DNA of 60,356 nt, from positions 186,001 through 246,356 of the forward strand of contig JALDZX010000033.1 of NCBI GenBank assembly GCA_022813865.1, given 5' to 3'. Within the stretch, counting starts at the first letter, position 1, and every line of letters begins with the position of its first letter. Positions 52,014-60,356 of the stretch are shown here, piece by piece. Below the pieces are notes generated by a model. It saw nothing but the letters and a program-made list of their open reading frames with translations. It searched no databases and had not been told where the DNA came from. The position numbers were made by a program, and so were the translations under genes. Source of the stretch: Xylographa opegraphella (Eukaryota).

Positions 52014-52533
52014 AGCGTCCGCCCCGCCGGGCCCGTCGAGAAGGAGCGCTGGAGCAGCTGGTGCACAGCAGACACGGAGCCAGGCAGGCACAAGGGCTCG
52101 GCTCCTCGCTCGTACACAAAGCAGCGTTTTTCTCAGTCAGCCTGAAAAGCCCTCATTGCCTATCGTTCACATCATCCCCCAGAGTCCTATGCTAGTATAG
52201 TGATACACACAACGCCCGAGCAGAGCTCTCAAGGCCGACGCTCGAAGCCCGCTCGCTCGCTCGCCGATCCATATGCGTCAAAGCCCATCCCCCGCCCTAC
52301 CCCAAAAATCCCTTCCACAAACCCTACCCAAACAACGGTCTCCAAACCTCCCACCACCGAAGAAATCGTACTCCAGATATCCAACCGCACGCATGTACGT
52401 GTGCCAAAAGGCTTCGCCTAGCCGAGGCTCGAAAATAGAGAAACTGGTATTTCCTTTTCCAAGACTGGAACACCGATTGTCGAGAAAAAAAGGTATAAAA
52501 AAAAAAAACTCCCATCCAAAAGCCACGGCGTCC

Positions 52534-54521
52534 TCACGTGGACGACAGCGGCAGATCCTGCACCCAGACCTACGCACGCACATGTCAGTCAACGCTCCTA
52601 TCAAAAACGAGGTGGGAAAAAAAAAGAACGAGAAAAAAAAAAGACAACACCAACCTCCAACTTCCCCATCTCCTCCTCCCTCCCCCTCGCCTCCCTCCTC
52701 GCGCCCGCAACCGCCATCTCCCAATCATCGCGATCACCCATCGTGATCAAATCACCCTCATCCCTTATCCGCACCTTAAACACACCCTTCAACCCCAACT
52801 TGTCGCGCACGCGCGCCAGGAACTCCTCGAAGATGACGCCCGTGCTGACCATGAGGTAGCGCGTATCCTCCTGCCAGTGGACTTTGACGCGCAGCGTGCG
52901 GACGTCCGCCTGCCGCGCGCGGGAGCGCGATGTCCCGCGGCTGCGGCTCATCTCGCGCGGCCGGCTCAGCGTGCCGCCGGCGTCGTTGAGGATCTCGAAA
53001 TCGTCGAGCGAGCTGTGCGTCGTGGTCGAGGGGCTGACGTCGCCCGTGTAGTCGTCCGGGTACTGGGAGCTCTTGCGGCGGGCGCCCTCGGGGCGGTGGC
53101 GGGACGAGGGCCGTCGAGATTGCTGCTGTTGCTGGTGCTGGTGGGATGTGGGTGGAGCGGTGTACGGGTTCGAGTATGCGGTGTTGCGGTAGAGGTCGTA
53201 CAGCTCGTCGGGGTACTCATCCGACTCGCCCTCGCCGTCGTGCGGGATCGTCTCCATGAACAAGCGCCCGCGGCCGGTGCTGCGGGGAGCGGCGTATTTG
53301 GAGGTCGGGCCGCGAGGCTCCGACGCCGTACGGGAGGTGCCGATGCGGGGCCTCTCGGGGCGAGGCGCGGAAGTGGATTTGGGAGAGAGGTCCTCGGAGA
53401 CGCGGCGCTCGGCAGCGACGGGCACGGGGCGGTTGGGGCTGTTGCGGACGGAGTCAGCACGGGCGGTGAGCATGGGAGGAGCAGCGGTTGGGACGGCGGG
53501 AGAGGTGCGGGAGGAGGACATTTGCGGACGGTTCGGGTGCTGCTCGCTCTCCGGGGGCGGTGTCGGCGGGAAGAGGTTGCGGTTGATGGGCGGCTCGGAC
53601 TGCTGGCGAGCGCGGGAGATGAGGTCCGAGCGGACGAGGTTGGAGGCGGCGAAGGAGACCTGGTCGAGCGGCCGGGCCTCACGGATGGACTGGTTGCGCT
53701 TGATCTCCGGGCCTGCGAAGCCGGTGGTCGAGTTGCTCGGGTTGACGGATGCGATGAGGCGCGCTTTGCCCAGGTAGTCTTTCGTTTTGAGGTTCTTGAC
53801 TTTGGCGCTGTTGGGACGGTAGACGACGCCGACGGGGATGGAGAAGACGGTATAGCCCTGCAGGAGGTTAGTGGGTGTCATGACCCGGCGAAGGGATGGA
53901 ATGTGGCTGACCTCGGCCTGCTCTTTGATGGCATCATCAATGACTTCGTGGTCGGGGGTTACTTTCTCTTTGGCGGCGTACGACAGGTCGCCCATACCCG
54001 CCTCCTTCTGTCGCAGGTAGATGTAGCATAGTCCTCGGTTGAAGAGGACTTCGCAGGAGAAGAGTTTGAATTTCAGGCCGAGCTGTTCGTAGTCGATGTA
54101 GGTGTTGCCACGCAGGTACAGTAACGTGTCGTTGAAGTTCGCGAGGGCCTCCTCGAAATCTCCGACCAGGAAATTCGACACTCCCTGTTGGAAATATGCG
54201 ACCGCGAGGTATTGATCCAGCCGCACCGCGCGTTGATAGCATTCCACCTAATGATCCGGTCAGCGCAAGTTCTGACATCTCATCGGCCTCCTCATATTCT
54301 CGTACCGCCTTGTCGTGTTCTCCCAGCGTCGCATGTATCACACCGCAATTGAAGAGAATCTTCGAAGTATCTGATATGCCGTCGAACGTTCTCAGCGACT
54401 CCTCGAACTCGTTATTGTCGTACTGCGCAAGCGCTTCCACCCAGGTCTCAATTTCCTGCGAAAAGTCAGAATTCGCCCTGCCTCGAATGCGATGCTGTTG
54501 TCTGACCTGCTTGAGTGACAT
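52534..54521 (-). CDS. noxR: NADPH oxidase regulator NoxR (p67phox-like; TPR repeats and PB1)
   Basis: MSLKQEIETWV...KILFNCGVIHATLGEH...LDQYLAVAYFQQGVSNF...LRGNTYIDYEQLGL...KDYLGKARL; C-terminal PB1 RVKVH...DEGDLITMGDRDDW. Confidence 0.95.
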
Positions 54522-56961
54522 CCTTTTCGGATCCCAACGGATCACCGGCTCTGGGTGTGCTTCCTCAGAGTCTGGATTCGTGCATACAACTCGCACCAGG
54601 CGGTCTTTCTCTTCGTTGACGGGTGTGTTCAAGTCCGGCAATGCGATAATCGTATCAAGTGTGATTGACGAGTGTGCGACGAGGCGCGGAAGGCCTTTTG
54701 TCTTGTTGGTCGCGTCGTGGGTTGGCAGTTGTTGGCTTGGGATGGATGATGTCCGTTGCTGAACCCGGTGGCTGTTGGGTACGATTGGCGGGGTAGAGCG
54801 GATGGCAGGATGCGCTTCAAGCGACAAAGCTGAGATATATGAACCAAACGAGTGTATACTGCTAACGAGCAGTGCTAAAGACGGGCGTGATGAGAATTCT
54901 GGGGGAATCACTGGGTTGTGATCTGGAGCGCCGACTTGAGTATATCGGCAGGAGAACGGGAATGGTAGCTTAAGAGGGTGCATGAGGGCTTGCGAAATGA
55001 TGGGCACTGAGTGGTTGAAGCAGCTGGCGTCGCGGATCATCCAACTTACCCCGGCCCCGTTCCTGTGCCGGGTATTGGCTACAGGCAGCTCGAAGCGCCC
55101 TGGGCTTCATGCACGGGGCTATTCTCGTCGTCACCAAAGCTTCGCTCCTGTTGTATCGGATCGAACCAAGTCTCGAGTCCGAGGTGCACCACAGACAGTG
55201 CAGGAGGAGAGTGAAGTCAGATATTGTCTTGTGATGTAGATGAATTTGTAGCTTTCATATATAGTCATAGATGTGAATGTGTGGTTTATTCGGGAGCGTG
55301 CGTGCGACGGTCACCCTTCTCAGCTCGGCTACTTCGTTCTGAGGCATGTACTGTATCAATGCTGGGTAGTACCCAACCATGCCCCCCATACCTTAAATAT
55401 AAGTACACGAATCCAGCTCATGGGGCAATTTTACCCTCTTGTCTCGATTGCTGTGAGGCGAGGTCCTCTAATCAGCAAAAGCCAGCCCTCCTGACATGCG
55501 AGCTGGCCGGAGAGGTGCAACTTGAGCCGGTCTTCCACCCGTTTTCACAGTCAAAAACCAGGTCTTTGCCTGGTCTTAAAACGAACTGCGCACATGAATG
55601 CCAGGTCTGTGCCACACAATCTGGCGTTGTACCTCTGTGACAGGACTGTACGAATCTGCTCGCATGACTGGGACACTGAACTCGAATGAAGGATCGTTGC
55701 AATCCAGAAAACCGAAGATTACAGTCTCCATCCATCGGTAGCGTGAGACTCGTGTTATCATTGAAGGTCTTGACAGATGCTCAGATTCTGCTTTGTGCTC
55801 ATTTCCGTTGAGCTTGGCATTGTAGTAGATAGCAAGGAGGGAGCTCATCGGAACCTACCCTTGAGCCCACATGGCGGTGAGATAGCACAGGATATGTCAG
55901 TGAAGGCTGGAGCACATCTGGTAATCGCATTAATCGAGTCATGCTGATTCGAATGTACTCGTGGTCCGACGGTGTTGTGCTGTAGCGACGGCACGGGCCA
56001 GGTTCTGTTTTGTGGAGGTGAGATTTCACGTGCCACCGTCTCAAGGCCCTGGGAATGATTCGGTTTTGACACTCCACCTCGCGGCCAGCCAGTGTCTCAA
56101 GATCTTCGCGTCTTGACATGACTGTTAGGGCAATTCTAAGCGGCCATACGAAGCAGCATTGCTATCTGAAGCGGCTTTGCTCGATGATATCGAAGGCGAG
56201 CGCGCCGTACAGCCACACTGACCATAAGATAGGAGCCAACAATCTCGGCCTGCATGCTTTGGAGGCCCGCAAAGCCAAGGCTCAAATTCAGCCGCACAGA
56301 AAATTGCATAAAAGAGGAAGATGAAGTGCAGGTGCAGGGTAGGACCGAGGAGAGATAACGGCGGGAACAGCCGGCCATCGTCAGCTCGGAACATCTGAAA
56401 CGAAAGCAGATACACAATCTCAGGTGAAGGCAGCCGAAAAGTAAACAATGTCCTGTGCTCGAAGTGAATTGCCAATGATATTCGGGCAAGTACCAATGAT
56501 ATGGTTACGACTTCCTTTCCGAGCCTGGCTGAGCAGCCTTCCCCACGGAACTCTTCCAGTACCAGGGTAAGTGGCTGATCGGCTCGACCTGTACGACGCC
56601 AGGAATTCCAAAACAGGTGTAGGGGAAGCCAATCATTACATGCCAATTCAGTGGCAGCTGAGGAATCTTCGAGGCCTTCCATCTGCCTTTCCATTAAGCT
56701 AATCGACCACTCACAGACCGCCGCTGGTGAGAATTGCAGGCTGACTGCGAATCATGCCACGAGGGAGACCTCCATTCCAGGGGTGCCAAGCATGCGACAT
56801 GGCCACGGCTCCAATCTCGTTCGCAAAGAGGCTTGCTGAAACCACAATTCGATCATGGAGGGGCCCATTTTGCGGTCAAAGTGGCAGCCTACCTGGGTGA
56901 TGTGGCAGTTGGCCGCCAACTCGCATCATGTCTATCGCAATTTGGACGCCTAGCAGATAGA

Positions 56962-57017
56962 GGGTACGGAAGGGCGGAAGGACGGAAGGGCGGAAGGGCA
57001 GTAAGGGCAGAACGGAA
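56962..57017. repeat. Degenerate 8-bp tandem repeat (CGGAAGGG)n
   Basis: cggaaggg cggaagga cggaaggg cggaaggg cagtaaggg cagaacggaa. Confidence 0.8.
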
Positions 57018-58851
57018 AATGGCCTTGAATGATTGCGGCCGTTAGATCGGGTCGCAGCCTCGATTGTGCCGAAGCCGGCTTGTTGGATGACGAAGAGATG
57101 CCCTCGGGAATTACCCTAACCCCGACCTTCTTCCCTATTGAGTTTCCTGATTAACTTTCACAGCACACACTTGCCCTATCCTAGCCTCGATCCAGCTAGC
57201 CGGAAAGCGCAGATATTACTCATCCGCGTGATGACAAAACAGCTCTGGTGCGGGGTGGTGAAGCGTGAGTGGACGAGTCATTCTTTGGCTTCAACTGCTC
57301 TCGCTGCAAAGGTCACATCATTTTCATGGACCCAGACTCGGCCCTTGATTGGTAACATACTGCGACTTGGATGCGGGAGACAAGACACCTCTTCCACAGA
57401 ACACTGCATACGGTGACTCTTCCGCAATAATGTCTTTGCTGCCGGAGATGCATCTCCAGAGTTCGAACAGACGGTCTATCGCGTCGAATGTGCCAATCGA
57501 GTCAAGGCTCATTCGCGGTGACTTACTGGCTGCATCTCATCGCAGGGGACGTGGATGACTGCCTGACGGGCCTCGTGGCTCAGGATTCGCGTGCTCTCTC
57601 GTAACGGTCGTATCGAGCACCCTTACAGGGCTAGGACGCTTTCCCCTTGGCCGTGCGACTTCTCGGTGTCTCCGCCGCATCGACCCCGGTCGGCGCAAGC
57701 CTCACACACGCAGCCTCCCCGCCAGGAACCAAGCCGCCTTGCTGTCGTACACACCGTCGGAAAGCAGTTTGGTCGTTCCCCTCGTTTCTGCGTCGAGATA
57801 AACGAATTCCACATCAAGCCGAGGAAACTAGGTTACGGCTGCGAGCGGTCGGCTTAGAACATGCAGACTGCTGATTTGTGATCGTGATGTTGGGCAAGGC
57901 ACAGATGAATCATCGAGATCTCTCTCGGTATTACTCACCCCGCTCCATGCATCCCGCTTTTCCAGCAGCGCGCTCGGGATGGAAGAAGGTTGGATGAGCA
58001 GGAGCAGAGTGATATGAAATGGGGGAGGGAGGAGTAATCGGATCGTGGGTGCGGTGTGGCTGCACTGCACGGAACAGAACAGATGAACAGATGCTGTGAT
58101 GGTCGAAAGCGGATGTTGTTGCGACAGCAGCAACTTGGGCGTCGAAACCACACGGGCGCTGCACAGCCATCTCCCTAATTCTCTTCTTCTTGTCCAAGGA
58201 CCAAAGGTGCTCGTCGTTTCGTGCGTTCGCACAGCAACGAAGCCGAGCGGTGAGTCTACCGCTCGGTGCCCGGACATAAACGCTGGCCGCTGATAGGGCC
58301 CGGCGCTCCACGTCATTCTTTAGCTCGCAGTCGGGGCTTTGTCATTCCGCTTGAGGTAACAGCATGATGAGTCGTAGCCTGTAGGCGTAACCAAGTACCT
58401 CGAGAGTGGGCGCGCGCAGGGGTGCTCGTACTCTAACTGCTAGCCTCGCGCTCACACGCTCGCGAAAAGATGGCCCGCGTCGGATTGCAAATCACCCGTC
58501 TCGAAAAATGCTAAGGAAATAGGAATTAAGAGCTTGGGCGTGAGCTGAAAAGTCCGAACACACGACAGCATCTGACCCAACACCACCCCACCCATAAAGG
58601 AAGCCTCACACCCACCTCGATCCGGATCATTCTCCTCATCAACTGACTCCAAGCACCAGACTTTCTCAGACAAGAACCAAAACTTCATCGTCAATACTTT
58701 TCGTCTTCTCGTCCAGCCAATCTCCAAACTTCGCAACGTCGCTTCCGCCAGTGCAGCCTAGTCCCCATCTCGCCTGCCAAGCCCTACGAACCGATATTTC
58801 TGCCTTGAGTCACCGAGTCATCGAAGGCCTCCACCACCACATAAGCCCACC

Positions 58852-59616
58852 ATGCCGTCCTTACTACGGCACTCGACCTTTCCTTCCGCCATCACCGAAT
58901 CCACCACCCAATCGTACTCGGTCCAATCGCCCCCGAAGCGGCAGAAGATGAGTCTCACGCAAACCTACTACCTCGCCCACACCGCCCGGGCCAAGCTCTC
59001 CAAGGAAGCTGCTCGGGCGGATCACGACCTCCGTCTTCTGGTCGGGCATGCCAATCTCCTCGACGGCCTCATGCTCGATCTTGCCGATGCCGAGCGGGAA
59101 CAAGAAAGCTGGTTCAACCAATCCGTCAAAGCCACCAAGGAGTCCGACGAGCCCAAGCACATCCAATGGGCCGACTCCATGCCAACCGTCATCGAGGACT
59201 ACGAGGAGGAGAGTTCTGACGATGAGTCGGAAGCGTCGGATGACGACGAGGAAATCTCTTACAGCCCTGCTCCTCTCCGCCGGGTACCATCACCACCGAC
59301 CATCATCACCACCACGGAAATGGACATTGACTCCGATGACGACGAGGAGGAGGATGACGAGGAAGACGAGGAGGACCTCGCTCTTCGACGCACACCGTCT
59401 CGCTCACCACCAGAGCTCCTCCACGAGTCCGACTCGGACTCTGAGGACGACGACTCCATGCCTCCATCCCCACCACACACTCTCGACTCCTACTCGGAAA
59501 AGCAACGGCAAGCCTCCTTCTTCGGCAAAGCGCAACCGGCCTCCCTCTCGCCCGAAGCCGAGTTCTACGAGGAGGGCTACTACCTCCCTCAACGGCAATC
59601 CGTCAGTGTCTACTAG
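58852..59616 (+). CDS. Ecm13-like protein with acidic low-complexity tail
   Basis: TYYLAHTARAKLSKEAARADHDLRLLVGHANLLD motif; D/E/S-rich C-terminus; intronless. Confidence 0.82.
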   Translation: MPSLLRHSTFPSAITESTTQSYSVQSPPKRQKMSLTQTYYLAHTARAKLSKEAARADHDLRLLVGHANLLDGLMLDLADAEREQESWFNQSVKATKESDEPKHIQWADSMPTVIEDYEEESSDDESEASDDDEEISYSPAPLRRVPSPPTIITTTEMDIDSDDDEEEDDEEDEEDLALRRTPSRSPPELLHESDSDSEDDDSMPPSPPHTLDSYSEKQRQASFFGKAQPASLSPEAEFYEEGYYLPQRQSVSVY

Positions 59617-60116
59617 CTTCCTTTTCCGGAGCTTGGGCATCACAGACTCTGGGAGCAACTTTAGCGAGCGAGCGAGCATTATGGTGCCTGACTTGGGGCA
59701 TTTTGATTTTGATACCAAAAGGCGCGACGGGGGGCGCATTTCCTTCCTATACATATTTCACGGGCAAGCAGCACACAGGGCAAGGGGGGGGGGGGACATC
59801 TCCACACAACATGAGGCACGGGACGGGGTCAGTGGGTGGGGAGGAAATAGTTTACCGCTTGTGGCCACGGGGGCCTTCTCGGCTTCGCTGGGATGGGTGG
59901 TTGGTAGCCATAGCACACGTTCTCGCTCCCCGCAGGAGGGTTGAGTTGGAGATCCAAAACTATTGCAGAATACCGCTGTTCATGAAACGTGCTATCGTGC
60001 ATCGTGCCCTCGCTCCCCAATTGTGGAATTGTGAATCATCGACTTTACAGTGTAAATCCGATAGCATGGCTTCGTTATCTCCGGAGTGCGGTAATTCCCG
60101 CTCTAGCAAAAAAGAT

Positions 60117-60141
60117 ATCATCATCGTCGTCGTCGTCGTCG
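60117..60141. repeat. Compound (ATC)n(GTC)n microsatellite
   Basis: atcatcatcgtcgtcgtcgtcgtcg. Confidence 0.75.
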
Positions 60142-60356
60142 CTGCATGCGTGCATGCATGCTGTGCTAATGCCGCGCCAGACCGCCCGTCGAGCCCGGAA
60201 CGAGCCCGCTAAAACATAAGAATTCGTCCTCGAAAGGGCGCACTCGGAATTTCGCACTCGCACACGCACGTCTACGTCTACGCCCTTCCTTCAACAATCC
60301 TCCACCAGCATCCGAGTCATCCCAATAATCCCATCCCAATCCTCACCCCCCCCCCC

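Noticed and set aside
52538..54031. 497-aa plus-strand ORF and other long ORFs overlapping noxR, CCS1 and uL13m
   Set aside because: Antisense or alternate-frame shadows of GC-rich real genes; no recognisable protein features.
57113..57122. ACCCTAACCC as a telomere repeat or confirmed telomerase template
   Set aside because: A single 10-mer, roughly expected by chance in 60 kb; no pseudoknot or CR4/5 element could be identified by eye.
59048..59944. 298-aa alternate-frame ORF overlapping the Ecm13-like gene
   Set aside because: Its Thr/Arg-rich translation is the shifted reading of Asp/Glu codon runs.
1..60356. Secondary-metabolite cluster, transposon, RIP-degraded repeat, CRISPR array, tRNA or rRNA
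   Set aside because: No PKS/NRPS/terpene synthase, transposase, reverse transcriptase, terminal repeats, spaced repeats or structural RNA signatures were recognised; a covariance-model search was not possible.

Overview
Intron-rich eukaryotic DNA from a filamentous ascomycete (Pezizomycotina; class not determinable from sequence alone). About 24 protein-coding loci are supportable. Recognisable conserved genes: an Obg/YchF-family GTPase (partial), FacB/Acu-15 Zn2Cys6 regulator, cupin, SET methyltransferase, GH55 exo-beta-1,3-glucanase, PHB1, TALE-homeobox/C2H2 factor, QCR8, universal stress protein, GPR89/GPHR, RING-LON (CrgA/LONRF), Rictor/Avo3, uricase, mitochondrial uL13, CCS1, NoxR and an Ecm13-like protein. 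A more accessory-looking zone (about 19.8-39 kb) holds a small secreted protein, a frameshifted glycine-zipper gene and a predicted ~1,200-aa fusion of a HeLo-like/SesA N-terminus, fungal ubiquitin-like domain, Zn ribbon and a conserved 'YSLKNWDP' domain; this fusion is the best candidate for something undescribed. Regulatory signals include an exact UaY site before uricase, clustered CreA sites before facB and a TTATCGATAA palindrome in two divergent promoters. No tRNA, rRNA, CRISPR or transposon was recognised. All exon structures were inferred by eye and all family calls come from motif recognition, not database searches.
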